Under the pieces are notes generated by a model. That model searched no databases, was not told where the DNA came from, and was given only the letters and a program-made list of their open reading frames with translations. A stretch of 64,000 bases of DNA, taken from NCBI GenBank assembly GCA_003281185.1, contig QCCS01000003.1, forward strand, positions 34,343-98,342. Reading direction: 5' to 3'. Shown here one piece after another: positions 47,003-57,899 of this stretch. Made by a program: the position numbers and the translations under genes. The DNA comes from Prochlorococcus sp. AG-347-M15 (GTDB taxonomy: Bacteria; Cyanobacteriota; Cyanobacteriia; PCC-6307; Cyanobiaceae). The stretch's first letter is position 1; each line of letters starts with the position of its first letter.

Positions 47003-47101
47003 TCAGTCTCCCTGAAACTTTAATAACAAAACACCACCAACTAATCCTATTGGTATTAGTATCCAAAAAACTGCTGCAATACTAAAAATTTCTTTAGCCA
47101 T
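47003..47101 (-). CDS. petM: Cytochrome b6f subunit PetM
   Basis: Not in ORF track; [32 protein letters not shown]; sits upstream of ycf39. Confidence 0.92.
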   Translation of the reverse strand: MAKEIFSIAAVFWILIPIGLVGGVLLLKFQGD

Positions 47102-47176
47102 AGTAAAATTTAATGATTACTATAATTTACATTCAAAATACATTTATTTGTTAAAAATGTAGATAATTCAAATATC

Positions 47177-48136
47177 TTGAAAATTTTTAAGTATATGAAT
47201 AATAATTTAAAAAAAAATATAAACATTCCTAATTACTGGAATTGGAATGGTTTTAAAATTTGTTGGAGTGTTACAGGCGAAGAAAATGAGATCCCAATTA
47301 TCTTTCTCCATGGATTTGGAGCAAGTCGAAAACATTGGAGAAATAATTTAGAATATTTTGCGAAAAGGAATTACGCCTCATATTCTTTAGATTTAATTGG
47401 ATTTGGAGATTCAGATCAACCTGGGATTAGACAAATTGGAAAACTAGATAATGAGATTTGGTCTAATCAAGTGAAAGACTTTATTGAACAGGTAATAAGA
47501 CCAAAGAATTCTGGGAAAGTTATTCTTATTGGCAATTCCCTTGGATCACTAGTTGCCTTAACATGTGCCGTTACATTAGAAGATCAGATTGCAAAAGTTA
47601 TTGCATCGCCTTTGCCAGATCAAATTCAAGAAAATAAAAAGTCGAAAACAAAAAAATCCTTATTGAAAAAATTTAAAGATAAATGCATAAGAATATTTTT
47701 TATGTTTTTTCCTTTGGAGATTATTTTATTTTTAATAAACAAATTTTGTGTTATAAAACTGGGACTAAATTCTGCCTATTTCAAAAAAGATAATATCGAT
47801 AACGAATTAATAGATTTGGTAACAAAACCAGTTCTAAGGAGAACTTCAGCTAGATCATTAAGAGCGATGTGTATAGGAATGTCTTCAAGAGATGAAAAAT
47901 TTAAGGCTTCTTACCTTTTAAGAAAACTTAACGCCTCAAGAAAAGTTCCTTTTTTATTAATTTGGGGAGAAAAAGATAATTTCATACCTTTGTTTGTTGG
48001 TAAAAAGATTGCAAAATTCCATAGATGGGTAAAATTAAAAATAGTATCCAATTCAGGGCATTGTATCCATGATGAAGATCCTCCAATATTCAATAGAATC
48101 TCTTATGAATGGATTAGAGATTTAAAAACCTTTTAA
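47177..48136 (+). CDS. Alpha/beta fold hydrolase
   Basis: HGFGAS, DLIGFG.S, GNSLG, WGEKD, GHC.HDE. Confidence 0.9.
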   Translation: MKIFKYMNNNLKKNINIPNYWNWNGFKICWSVTGEENEIPIIFLHGFGASRKHWRNNLEYFAKRNYASYSLDLIGFGDSDQPGIRQIGKLDNEIWSNQVKDFIEQVIRPKNSGKVILIGNSLGSLVALTCAVTLEDQIAKVIASPLPDQIQENKKSKTKKSLLKKFKDKCIRIFFMFFPLEIILFLINKFCVIKLGLNSAYFKKDNIDNELIDLVTKPVLRRTSARSLRAMCIGMSSRDEKFKASYLLRKLNASRKVPFLLIWGEKDNFIPLFVGKKIAKFHRWVKLKIVSNSGHCIHDEDPPIFNRISYEWIRDLKTF

Positions 48137-48143
48137 AATAAAT

Positions 48144-48668
48144 ATGAAACATACATTATCAGTCCTTGTAGAAGACGAATCTGGAGCCTTGAGCAGAATC
48201 TCAGGTCTCTTCGCTAGAAGGGGTTTCAACATAGATAGCCTTGCAGTAGGACCTGCGGAATCTAAAGGGATTTCAAGGTTAACAATGGTAGTGGAGGGTG
48301 ATGATGAAACTCTTCAACAAATGACTAAGCAACTTAATAAATTATTTAATGTTCTGGGAGTTGTAGATTTTACTAATCTCGCGGCCGTAGAGAGGGAATT
48401 GATGTTACTAAAAGTTTCATCTAAAGAAGATACAAGGAGTAACATCCTTGATATAGTACAGATTTTCCGTGCAAAAGTTGTTGATGTATCAGATATAGCA
48501 TTAACTCTCGAGGTAGTTGGAGATCCTGGGAAGTTAGTTGCTCTAGAGAAATTACTCGAGCCATATGGCATCCTTGAAATAGCGAGGACTGGTAAGGTAG
48601 CTCTTAAACGCTCTTCGGGAGTTAATACAGAAATGTTGAAAATAAACAAATATTCTCTAGAAATTTAA
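48144..48668 (+). CDS. ilvN: Acetolactate synthase small subunit
   Basis: [29 protein letters not shown]; EIARTG. Confidence 0.96.
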   Translation: MKHTLSVLVEDESGALSRISGLFARRGFNIDSLAVGPAESKGISRLTMVVEGDDETLQQMTKQLNKLFNVLGVVDFTNLAAVERELMLLKVSSKEDTRSNILDIVQIFRAKVVDVSDIALTLEVVGDPGKLVALEKLLEPYGILEIARTGKVALKRSSGVNTEMLKINKYSLEI

Positions 48669-49276
48669 TTAGAAATCTGGATTGCTTTGATGTAATCTTC
48701 TTTATTTATTTTTTTAAGTACATCTAGTCCTTTAATAATCTTTCCAAAAATCGAATATCTTCCATCGAGTTCAGGGATCTTACTAGTTACAAAAAAAAAT
48801 TCAGTAGATGAAGACTTATTCTTACCACTCTTAACCATAGCGATTGAACCGCTCTCAAAAGTATTAACTAAATTTCTAGTTTCATTAGGATTTTTTATTT
48901 GATAATGATATCTTGGGTTGATTTCTTCTTTAAATTTTATTTCTAAAGGTATGGATGGACTTGCCTTATGCAAGTTTTGTTTTGGTTCAATATAAAGTTT
49001 ATTTTCTCGTTTAACACCACCATGTATAAACCTTATTTGGGCAAAATTGATTATTTTATAAAATTTTTGATTTACGTAAATATTATTTTCTATGTTTTCT
49101 ATAAAGTTTGATACTGTTACTGGGTTATCTTTACCAAATAATTTAACCTCAAAATCACCTTTTGTAGTTTTGAAATGCACCACTTTATTACTTTGAATAC
49201 AATCAAATTTAAGTTTTTGGCAGTAATAATTTGAATCAATCTTATTTTTATAACTACAAGCTTGCACCAAAAACAA
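48665..49276 (-). CDS. Cyclophilin-type peptidyl-prolyl isomerase (degenerate)
   Basis: [27 protein letters not shown]. Confidence 0.85.
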   Translation of the reverse strand: MFLVQACSYKNKIDSNYYCQKLKFDCIQSNKVVHFKTTKGDFEVKLFGKDNPVTVSNFIENIENNIYVNQKFYKIINFAQIRFIHGGVKRENKLYIEPKQNLHKASPSIPLEIKFKEEINPRYHYQIKNPNETRNLVNTFESGSIAMVKSGKNKSSSTEFFFVTSKIPELDGRYSIFGKIIKGLDVLKKINKEDYIKAIQISN

Positions 49277-49317
49277 AACCTGTATTAAAGATAATGTTTT
49301 TAAAAAATATTTTTTTT

Positions 49318-49875
49318 TTATTTTAAACCCTCCAAATTAACATCCAAAAATTTAGCCAGACGAGCTCCTTCTTCTTCAACTTGAAGCAGTGGTTTAAGTT
49401 CACCTGCTCCGCTTAAAGGGAGGGGTTTTTTTCTACCTTTTAGTACTAGAGCAATTCTTCTTCTAGGATTAAATCCCTCACTAATGTCTAATTTAACCGA
49501 TTTAATTTCATCAAAATTTAATTTAACTTCAATATCTTTAAATAATCCTTTTCTTTTTATTTCTACAGATTTTGATGATTTATCAAAATAATTACTCCCT
49601 GAACCAAAATTTATATAAACCAAATACCATAAGTAAAAATTTAATAAATTAGCTATTACCCCGTATGCTCCCATTATGATTCCTTGAGGGATAAACAATA
49701 AAGTTGAGGGATTTCCTAAAGGTAATAAATCCCTTCCTGTGTAGCTAGATATAGAGGCCAAAAGAAAACCAATACCTCCTATAGTCAACATTCCTCCAAT
49801 AATATAATTTGAAATTTTTCTTGATCCACCAATTTTTTGTTCGATTTTATCGAATGACGTGAGGTCTGAATTCAT
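49318..49875 (-). CDS. ycf4: Photosystem I assembly protein Ycf4
   Basis: GSRK.SNY, F.PQG..M..YG, LA.FL.V.LEG. Confidence 0.95.
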   Translation of the reverse strand: MNSDLTSFDKIEQKIGGSRKISNYIIGGMLTIGGIGFLLASISSYTGRDLLPLGNPSTLLFIPQGIIMGAYGVIANLLNFYLWYLVYINFGSGSNYFDKSSKSVEIKRKGLFKDIEVKLNFDEIKSVKLDISEGFNPRRRIALVLKGRKKPLPLSGAGELKPLLQVEEEGARLAKFLDVNLEGLK

Positions 49876-50057
49876 TTTTATCTTTTTTTAGAGCCTAATT
49901 CAGATAATTTAACAAACTAAGGGAGTATTCTTACCTAATTTTTAATAAAAAAGTCAGGAAAGCTTTACAAGGCATTTCAGATATACAAATATTTCCCCAC
50001 ATTACTATCAATCTTTGTTACAGTCACTGCGTATCCCGAAGCTAAAAACGATTTCTC

Positions 50058-51134
50058 ATGACGATCGCAGTTGGTAGCGCCCCACAAAGAGGATGGTTTG
50101 ATGTCCTCGATGATTGGTTGAAGCGCGACCGCTTTGTATTTATTGGTTGGTCCGGACTACTTCTACTTCCTTGCGCATATCTTGCTATTGGTGGTTGGTT
50201 CGTCGGAACAACATTTGTTACCTCTTGGTACACACATGGAGTTGCAAGCTCATACCTTGAAGGTTGTAACTTTTTAACAGCAGCTGTAAGTACCCCTGGT
50301 GATGCCATGGGACACAGTCTTCTATTTTTATGGGGTCCTGAAGCCCAAGGTAGCTTCGTAAGATGGCTACAGCTTGGTGGACTTTGGAACTTCGTTGCAT
50401 TACATGGAGTATTTGGCCTGATTGGTTTTATGCTTCGTCAGTTTGAAATTGCTGGCCTTGTTGGAATTAGACCATACAACGCTTTAGCATTCTCAGCGGT
50501 AATTGCAGTATTCACAAGTATTTTCCTAATTTATCCTTTAGGACAGCATAGTTGGTTCTTCGCACCCTCATTCGGTGTTGCAGCCATCTTCCGTTACATT
50601 CTGTTCATTCAAGGTTTTCACAATATTACTTTAAATCCATTCCACATGATGGGTGTTGCTGGAATTCTTGGTGGTGCTCTACTTTGTGCAATCCATGGAG
50701 CTACAGTACAAAATACTTTGTATGAAGATACAAGTATTTATACAGATGGTAAGGTTCAAAGTTCAACATTTAGAGCTTTTGACCCAACACAAGAAGAAGA
50801 AACTTATTCAATGATTACAGCGAATAGATTCTGGAGTCAAATCTTCGGTATTGCCTTCTCAAACAAGCGTTTCTTACATTTCTTGATGCTATTTGTACCT
50901 GTTATGGGTATGTGGACATCTTCAATTGGTATTGTCGGCTTAGCACTAAACTTAAGAGCTTATGATTTCGTAAGCCAAGAAATCCGTGCAGCAGAAGATC
51001 CAGAATTTGAAACTTTCTATACAAAAAATATACTTTTGAACGAAGGTATGCGAGCATGGATGTCTTCTGTGGATCAACCACACGAAAACTTTGTATTCCC
51101 TGAGGAGGTTCTTCCACGTGGAAACGCCCTTTAA
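50058..51134 (+). CDS. psbD: Photosystem II D2 protein
   Basis: [22 protein letters not shown]...[10 protein letters not shown]. Confidence 0.99.
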   Translation: MTIAVGSAPQRGWFDVLDDWLKRDRFVFIGWSGLLLLPCAYLAIGGWFVGTTFVTSWYTHGVASSYLEGCNFLTAAVSTPGDAMGHSLLFLWGPEAQGSFVRWLQLGGLWNFVALHGVFGLIGFMLRQFEIAGLVGIRPYNALAFSAVIAVFTSIFLIYPLGQHSWFFAPSFGVAAIFRYILFIQGFHNITLNPFHMMGVAGILGGALLCAIHGATVQNTLYEDTSIYTDGKVQSSTFRAFDPTQEEETYSMITANRFWSQIFGIAFSNKRFLHFLMLFVPVMGMWTSSIGIVGLALNLRAYDFVSQEIRAAEDPEFETFYTKNILLNEGMRAWMSSVDQPHENFVFPEEVLPRGNAL

Positions 51135-52500
51135 TAATTTATTAAGAGCTCCAAACCAAAGTATTGAGGAAACTGGTTATGCCTGGTATGTAGGTAACGC
51201 TAGATTAATCAATTTATCTGGACGTTTATTAGGAGCTCACATTGCTCACTCTGGACTAATAGTCTTTTGGGCGGGAGCAATGATGCTCTTTGAGGTTAAT
51301 CATTTTACTTTTGATAAACCAATGTGGGAGCAAGGTTTAATCTGTATGCCACACGTTGCAATGTTTGGCTATGGAATAGGCCCAGGTGGTGAAGTTACTG
51401 ATATCATGCCTTTTTTCCAAGCAGGCGTGGTTCACTTGATAGCTTCTGCTGTACTTGGTTTTGGTGGTATTTACCATTCATTAGCTGGTCCAGAAAAACT
51501 TGAAGAAGATTTTCCATTTTTCTCAACTGATTGGAGAGATAAAAATCAAATGACAAATATCCTCGGATATCATTTGATTGTTCTAGGTGTAGGTGCACTA
51601 GCATGGTCAGTAAACTGGTGTTTTATTGGCGGTGCATATGACACATGGGCACCAGGCGGTGGTGAAGTCAGACTTGTAAACCCAACTTTAGATCCAAGAG
51701 TTATTCTTGGCTATCTATTCAGATCTCCATGGGGAGGAGCTGGTTCAATAATCGGTGTTAACTCCATTGAAGATATTGTTGGTGGACATGTTTACGTGGG
51801 TATTACTGCAATTATTGGAGGAATATTCCACATCTTTACCAAACCTTTTGGATGGGCAAGAAGAGCTTTTATCTGGAATGGTGAAGGTCTATTAAGTTAC
51901 GCTCTTGGTGGAATTTGTGTAGCAAGTTTTATTGCTTCAACTTTCATCTGGTTCAACAACACAGCTTACCCTTCAGAGTTTTATGGTCCAACAAATGCTG
52001 AAGCTTCACAGGCTCAAAGCTTTACTTTCCTAGTGAGAGATCAAAGAATTGGAGCTAACGTAGGTTCAACAATGGGACCAACAGGCCTAGGTAAGTATCT
52101 CATGAGATCTCCTACTGGTGAAATTATATTTGGTGGTGAAACAATGAGATTTTGGGATTTTAGAGGGCCATGGTTAGAGCCTTTAAGAGGACCTAATGGA
52201 TTGAGCCTTGAGAAAATCCAAAATGATATTCAGCCTTGGCAGGTAAGAAGAGCAGCTGAGTATATGACTCATGCTCCAAACGCTTCTATCAACTCTGTTG
52301 GTGGAATTATTACTGAGCCTAATGCTGTTAACTTTGTTAACTTAAGACAATGGTTAGCTGCAGCTCAATTCTTCCTAGGATGGTTTACATTCATTGGTCA
52401 TCTTTGGCATGCTGGACGTGCTAGAGCAGCCGCTGCTGGTTTCGAAAAAGGAATCGACAGAAAGAGTGAACCAGCTCTAGAAATGCCTGATCTAGATTAA
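51118..52500 (+). CDS. psbC: Photosystem II CP43 protein
   Basis: GTG start overlapping the psbD end; [30 protein letters not shown]. Confidence 0.98.
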   Translation: METPFNNLLRAPNQSIEETGYAWYVGNARLINLSGRLLGAHIAHSGLIVFWAGAMMLFEVNHFTFDKPMWEQGLICMPHVAMFGYGIGPGGEVTDIMPFFQAGVVHLIASAVLGFGGIYHSLAGPEKLEEDFPFFSTDWRDKNQMTNILGYHLIVLGVGALAWSVNWCFIGGAYDTWAPGGGEVRLVNPTLDPRVILGYLFRSPWGGAGSIIGVNSIEDIVGGHVYVGITAIIGGIFHIFTKPFGWARRAFIWNGEGLLSYALGGICVASFIASTFIWFNNTAYPSEFYGPTNAEASQAQSFTFLVRDQRIGANVGSTMGPTGLGKYLMRSPTGEIIFGGETMRFWDFRGPWLEPLRGPNGLSLEKIQNDIQPWQVRRAAEYMTHAPNASINSVGGIITEPNAVNFVNLRQWLAAAQFFLGWFTFIGHLWHAGRARAAAAGFEKGIDRKSEPALEMPDLD

Positions 52501-52515
52501 TTTCTATCTCAACCG

Positions 52516-52547
52516 AAAAAGCCCTATCTTCGGATAGGGTTTTTTTT
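52516..52547 (+). terminator. Intrinsic terminator after psbC (likely bidirectional)
   Basis: AAAAAGCCCTATC-TTCG-GATAGGGT plus T-run. Confidence 0.85.
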
Positions 52548-52558
52548 GCTCAATTTTA

Positions 52559-53170
52559 TTATCTATATAAATTTTCTCTAAGCCATGGCAAACTTAATCC
52601 CATTACATTACTGAAGCAACCCTCAATTTTTTCTATATATTTACCGCCTATACCTTCCAAAGCAAATCCTCCGGCGCAATATAAAGGTTCATTTGTATCT
52701 ACATAACTCTTGATTTCCCAATCTTCCAACTTAGAAAAATAAACTCTTGAACTTACTATTTTTTTTATTATTTCAGTGATTTTAAAAATTTTGGAAGTTG
52801 AATCAAAATTCCCGATAATTAGAGTATGACCAGTATGTAAAAATCCAGATTCTCCAGACATTTTTTTCCATCTATTAAATGCTTCTTCTTTATTAGATGG
52901 TTTTCCATAAGCTTCTCCTTTAAATTCAAAAATTGAATCGCACCCAAGTATTTCCAAAGAACCATAATTAAATTTTTCGGGCAATGATAAGTTTTGAATA
53001 TTTTCAGATAAACTAGTAGCCTTTTGAAAAGATAATTCTAAAGCTAAATTAAATATATTATTTTCTTCAATAGTAGTTTCATCAAAGTCACTTGATATTT
53101 GGATAAATTCAATCTTACAGTTTTCAAGTAATTTCTTTCGAGATTGTGAAGCAGAGGCTAGAATTAACAC
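52559..53170 (-). CDS. maf: Maf family nucleotide pyrophosphatase
   Basis: LILASAS.SR, GCDS, GKP, CAGGF..EG, NV.GL. Confidence 0.93.
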   Translation of the reverse strand: MLILASASQSRKKLLENCKIEFIQISSDFDETTIEENNIFNLALELSFQKATSLSENIQNLSLPEKFNYGSLEILGCDSIFEFKGEAYGKPSNKEEAFNRWKKMSGESGFLHTGHTLIIGNFDSTSKIFKITEIIKKIVSSRVYFSKLEDWEIKSYVDTNEPLYCAGGFALEGIGGKYIEKIEGCFSNVMGLSLPWLRENLYR

Positions 53171-53236
53171 AAATTTTTTATCGAATTATAATTCAATTTA
53201 CAAATTAATAAATTCCAAAATTAATATAAATTACTA

Positions 53237-54766
53237 ATGGTATTTAAAGAGAAATTGCATGTTAACAAGAAACCAATAATGGTCTTGGGGACTTCCAGTG
53301 GAGCAGGGAAATCATTAACTGTTACTGCCATCTGCAGGATTCTTAAAAATTTAGGAGAAGAGCCAATCCCTTTTAAAGGACAAAATATGAGTAACAACGC
53401 TTGGGTTGATTGGGATGGAGGAGAGATGGCATATTCACAAGCACTTCAAGCTTTTGCTTGTGGCATTAATCCTTCTTCAGAGATGAATCCTATTTTATTA
53501 AAACCACAAGGAAACTCAACAAGCGAGGTCATTCACCTTGGTAAAAGTATAGGAACCACAACCGCAGTAAATTACTATAAAGATTGGTTTGTACCTGGCT
53601 GGGAAGTAATTAAAAAAAGTTTAAAGTCTATTTATAAACGAAATTCGAATTGTCGATTAATTATCGAAGGTGCTGGCAGTCCGGTAGAGATGAATTTAAT
53701 GCACAGAGACCTTACTAATTTAAGAGTTGCGAAATATTTAAATGCAAATTGCATATTAGTTAGTGATATTGAAAGAGGAGGTGTATTTGCACAAATCGTT
53801 GGAACTCTTGAATTAATGAAGCTTGAAGAAAAGAAACTTATTAAGGGAATTATTATAAATAGATTCAGAGGAGACCTTTCATTATTTGCAGAAGGAAAAA
53901 AATGGATAGAAAGTAAAACTAAAATACCTGTTATTGGGATTATTCCATGGTTAAATGATTCATTCCCTCCAGAAGATTCTTTAGATTTGCTTGAAAGAAA
54001 ATCCCATTTGAATAATCCTGAGATCAAAGTTGGAATTATAAAATTACCTTCCATAAGCAACTTTTCAGATTTTGATCCATTGGAAAATGAAGAATCATTA
54101 TTTATTGAGTGGATAAAAGGATCGCAAAACTTAAAAAATTATGACTTTATAATTCTTCCTGGGAGTAAACAAACTATTAAAGATCAAATATTTCTTGAGA
54201 AGTCAGGTCTATCTCAAGACATAAGAGAATATTCAAATAATATGGGAAATATTATTGGGATATGTGGAGGTTTACAAATGTTAGGAACATTCCTTGAGGA
54301 CCCTTTTTTAAAAGAGGGATCGAAAACTTTCTCTGAAAAAAAAATTGGAGGTATTGGTTTATTGCCATTAAAAACAACTTTTTTTGAGGAAAAATTAACC
54401 CGTCAAATATCTTCCGAATCTTTATGGCCATGCCAATCTAAAGTAAATGGTTTTGAAATTCATAATGGCCAAACTGAATTAGATAACACTCAAAACTTGC
54501 CAAAGATTAACCCTATCTTCAAAGACGTAAATCTTGGTTGGTACATAGAGAAAAAAAAAGGAGGAACTATTGCCGGTACATACATTCATGGGATTTTTGA
54601 AAATGATATTTGGAGAGACCAATATATAAATTTAATAAGAAAGAGCAAGAATTTGCCAATATTAAATAAGAGATCAATATCTTATAAAGAAAAAAGAGAG
54701 TCAATAATTGATAATCTTGCAAGGGAATTTGATAAACATTTAAATATCACATCATTTTTAAATTGA
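53237..54766 (+). CDS. cobQ: Cobyric acid synthase
   Basis: GTSSGAGKS, PFKGQNMSNN, EGAGSP.E, GICGG.QMLG, G.EIH.G, GTY.HG. Confidence 0.96.
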   Translation: MVFKEKLHVNKKPIMVLGTSSGAGKSLTVTAICRILKNLGEEPIPFKGQNMSNNAWVDWDGGEMAYSQALQAFACGINPSSEMNPILLKPQGNSTSEVIHLGKSIGTTTAVNYYKDWFVPGWEVIKKSLKSIYKRNSNCRLIIEGAGSPVEMNLMHRDLTNLRVAKYLNANCILVSDIERGGVFAQIVGTLELMKLEEKKLIKGIIINRFRGDLSLFAEGKKWIESKTKIPVIGIIPWLNDSFPPEDSLDLLERKSHLNNPEIKVGIIKLPSISNFSDFDPLENEESLFIEWIKGSQNLKNYDFIILPGSKQTIKDQIFLEKSGLSQDIREYSNNMGNIIGICGGLQMLGTFLEDPFLKEGSKTFSEKKIGGIGLLPLKTTFFEEKLTRQISSESLWPCQSKVNGFEIHNGQTELDNTQNLPKINPIFKDVNLGWYIEKKKGGTIAGTYIHGIFENDIWRDQYINLIRKSKNLPILNKRSISYKEKRESIIDNLAREFDKHLNITSFLN

Positions 54767-55014
54767 AAAAAACAAACATTAAAATTGAATGGCCAAATAA
54801 TACTGAGACATATGCCTCAGAAGGAGATAATTGGTTCTCAACTGCAAAAAAAGCAGGTGTAGTGATCCCAACTGGCTGTTTAACGGGAAGTTGTGGAGCA
54901 TGTGAAATAGACGTGAATGGTGAGACTGTGCGGGCTTGTATAAGTGATATTAAAAATTGCAAAAAATGTTTATTAAAAGTTTCATTAACTTCAGATCCAT
55001 TTTGGGAAAACTAA
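54763..55014 (+). CDS. 2Fe-2S ferredoxin-like protein
   Basis: GCLTGSCGAC...AC. Confidence 0.88.
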   Translation: MKKTNIKIEWPNNTETYASEGDNWFSTAKKAGVVIPTGCLTGSCGACEIDVNGETVRACISDIKNCKKCLLKVSLTSDPFWEN

Positions 55015-55579
55015 ATGTCTTATTTTCAATATTTTCAGCCCTTTTAGTTATTTTTTGCCTTTATTAAAATCCTTTCAATTTAGTTTCCCTATTATTAAAA
55101 ACTTAATATTGACTTAGCTGATGGCTTAAAAATTGAACCTTAGAGAGCATCCTAAAAGATATTTTAGCTGGATTTCGTATCACAAATCTAATTCTCCAAC
55201 AAAAACCGACAACTAGAAAAAATTTAAAAGTACAATTATCTTCTTTTTTTGAAATGAGTAAGGTAAAGATTAGAGTAATTAGCTAGCACTAAAAGTAATA
55301 GTAAAAAAGTATTTAAATAGTTCAAATTAATTTTAAAAATTTGATTACTCTTTAAACTATCGTAAAAAAAACAGAGAGTTAACCCTGAACCTTAGAATTT
55401 ATTATTAACTTGCGAATAGATTTTAAATAGTCTTAACGAACCCGCAAAAGCACGTTCCCTTTTAGGCTGAATTTAAGAATAATATTTAAATTTAATAAGG
55501 CAAAAACAGCTTATAGCTTTTAAAACATATATGTATTAAAAATTTAATCCTCCTAGAAATTGCACGATTTGAAATATCA

Positions 55580-55666
55580 CGGAGAGGGTGGGATTCGAAC
55601 CCACGAATAGTTACACCTATTAAATGATTTCGAATCATTCGCTTTCGACCACTCAGCCACCTCTCC
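55580..55666 (-). tRNA. tRNA-Ser(CGA)
   Basis: Minus strand GGAGAGGTGGCTGAGTGGTCGAAAGCG AATGA-TTCGAAA-TCATT, long variable arm, GTGGGTTCGAATCCCAC CCTCTCCG. Confidence 0.96.
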
Positions 55667-55727
55667 ACCTATTCTTAGTATTTACATAATTTAAAGTGAA
55701 ATGTAAACTCACCTATTATGTTAATTT

Positions 55728-56750
55728 TCAATTCCAACCTGCTTCTTTCATTAATTTTATTGCAACAGAATTATATCTCCCAAGATCCTCAATAGTGACT
55801 TTATCAGGAATAAATTCTCCAAAATCTTTAACGATAGGGTTTTGGTTAACTTCTTTCAATGGATGCTCAAAAGTTGGAGCAGCGAGACCTTTACTACCTT
55901 TCGGAGAAGCTAAAAACTCTAGAAGCTTAACTGCTTCAGCTCTATTTTTAGCGTATTTGGCTACACCACCAGCGCTAATATTAACATGTGCGGGATTTGG
56001 AGTTATTACAGTTGTTCGTTTTGAGTATAAAGCATCTCTTCTTCCATTAATACCAGCTAGCATTCTTGCAACATAATAATGATTAACTATCCCTACTCCA
56101 CATTTCTTCTTAGCAACTGCTCTTATTATTGAAATATCCCCAGGAAAGAAAGGTTGGGAAATATTAGAAATCATTCCGTTCAACCAAGATTTAGTTTCTG
56201 ATTCCCCTTTGTTAACTATTTGATTAGCGACTAAGGATTGATTATAGGGACTTTTCCTGTTTCTAAGACATACTTTTCCTTTTAAAGAAGGATCAGCTAA
56301 ATCAGTGTAGTCATTAATTTTAGTCACATCTACAACTTTTGGATTAGCCACCATAACCCTTACTCTTCTAGTCAATGCATACCATTCCTTACTTTTATCC
56401 TTCAGCCCAATCGGAACATCATTTTCTAAAGATTTTGATTCTACACTTTGAAGCAATCCTGCTTTTGCCGCATTTGTAATTCTTGCTGCATCGACTAGCA
56501 AAATTAAATCTGCTTGTGAATTCTTACCTTCTCTTTTAAGTCTTTCAATTAAAGATATTCCTGCGGCTTCAATAAGCCTAACTTTGATTCCTGTCTCTTC
56601 TGCAAACTTTTTGTAGACACTCCTATCAGTGTTGTAATGTCTACCCGAAAAAACTTTTACTTCTTTTTCTGTTGAATTAGCTGGTAAACCAACATTCAAT
56701 AACAATGTACATGTTAGTGCTGAATAAAGTATTTTTTTTAGTTTTTGCAC
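55728..56750 (-). CDS. futA: Fe(III) ABC transporter substrate-binding protein
   Basis: SGRHY, RK.PYN.SL, NHYY iron-ligand Tyr pair; FutA/IdiA family. Confidence 0.93.
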   Translation of the reverse strand: MQKLKKILYSALTCTLLLNVGLPANSTEKEVKVFSGRHYNTDRSVYKKFAEETGIKVRLIEAAGISLIERLKREGKNSQADLILLVDAARITNAAKAGLLQSVESKSLENDVPIGLKDKSKEWYALTRRVRVMVANPKVVDVTKINDYTDLADPSLKGKVCLRNRKSPYNQSLVANQIVNKGESETKSWLNGMISNISQPFFPGDISIIRAVAKKKCGVGIVNHYYVARMLAGINGRRDALYSKRTTVITPNPAHVNISAGGVAKYAKNRAEAVKLLEFLASPKGSKGLAAPTFEHPLKEVNQNPIVKDFGEFIPDKVTIEDLGRYNSVAIKLMKEAGWN

Positions 56751-56850
56751 TTTTACAAAATAGTATCTATGGTTACTTTATAACCATCTTCATGACAAGG
56801 CCTCATCAAGGGAATTTCTATACACCAATTTGTATCATTTTTTATAAAAA

Positions 56851-57516
56851 ATGAATTATTTAACGCATCATCTATTGAATAATGAAGAACTAGAAATCCT
56901 TAGAAAAAATCTAAACAAAAATGGTTCATTATGGGAAAATGGCAAACATACCGCTGGGAAGCATGCCGCCAAAGTAAAAAATAATTTACAACTTAAAAGA
57001 GATTCAGATTTATCAAAAAAGTTTTCAGCATTGATTACAAAAAAGATACTTAGCAATGAAATAATCAAAAGCTTCGCTTTACCCAAAAAGGTGCATGGAA
57101 CAATATTCTCTAAATCTAAAAATGGCATGAAATATGGCCGTCATGTTGATAATGCTTACATGTCTTCTGGGAGAGCAGACTTATCTTTTACTATTTTCTT
57201 AAGCTGTAAAGACAGTTACGGTGGCGGTGCATTATCCATTGAAAGCTTTAACTCAGAAGAAAAGTTTAAGCTGAATGCAGGAGAAATAATAATTTATCCA
57301 AGTACATTTCTACATTCTGTAGAAGAGGTTATTGATGGTGAGAGATTAGCATTTATTGGTTGGATTGAGAGTTATGTAAAAAGCATTGAAGATAGAGAAT
57401 ATTTGTTTGATTTAGACGCTGCAGCAAGATCATTACTTACTAAATATGGGAGATCAGATGAAGTCGATCTTATTTTTAAATCATATACAAATTTCTTGAG
57501 AAGATTAGGCAGTTAA
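56851..57516 (+). CDS. PKHD-type Fe(II)/2-oxoglutarate dioxygenase (PiuC/YbiX-like)
   Basis: G..TAG..A.KVKNN.Q, YG.HVDN, DLSFT.FL, YPST.LH.V..V..GER. Confidence 0.92.
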   Translation: MNYLTHHLLNNEELEILRKNLNKNGSLWENGKHTAGKHAAKVKNNLQLKRDSDLSKKFSALITKKILSNEIIKSFALPKKVHGTIFSKSKNGMKYGRHVDNAYMSSGRADLSFTIFLSCKDSYGGGALSIESFNSEEKFKLNAGEIIIYPSTFLHSVEEVIDGERLAFIGWIESYVKSIEDREYLFDLDAAARSLLTKYGRSDEVDLIFKSYTNFLRRLGS

Positions 57517-57591
57517 TTTTGAATCATTTTATACACCAATTAGAAAAATAATTTTAAAGTTATTAATATGAGTGAAGAAAATTATTTTTGA

Positions 57592-57831
57592 ATGAATAAA
57601 AAAAGTTCAATTTCTTTATTTCTTGCAGCAACAAGTGCAATTGCTCTATCAACCGCTGGCAACGCAAACTTAAAAGCAGAAGAAAGTGACCTAGGGGGAT
57701 TAAAAGAATGGAACACAGATATGCCCTTGGACGCTGATTTTATTCTCGATGCAGAGGCTCAAAGGTTAGCCGATGAAGCAGCGAAGACAAGCATATGTGT
57801 TCCAATTGGAGAAGGGGAAAATTGTTGGTAA
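57592..57831 (+). CDS. Small secreted protein with C-terminal C-x8-CW
   Basis: Signal peptide, acidic body, ICVPIGEGENCW terminus. Confidence 0.75.
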   Translation: MNKKSSISLFLAATSAIALSTAGNANLKAEESDLGGLKEWNTDMPLDADFILDAEAQRLADEAAKTSICVPIGEGENCW

Positions 57832-57848
57832 GTGTTTAATTAATTTTT

Positions 57849-57886
57849 AAACAAAAAAAGGGAATTACTGCCCTTTTTTTTGTTTT
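57849..57886. terminator. Bidirectional intrinsic terminator
   Basis: AAACAAAAAAAGGG-loop-CCCTTTTTTTTGTTT between convergent genes. Confidence 0.8.
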
Positions 57887-57899
57887 AAGTAAAAATTAT

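Noticed and set aside
51091-51117. psbC start at 51091
   Set aside because: The conserved cyanobacterial GTG start at 51118 overlapping psbD is preferred
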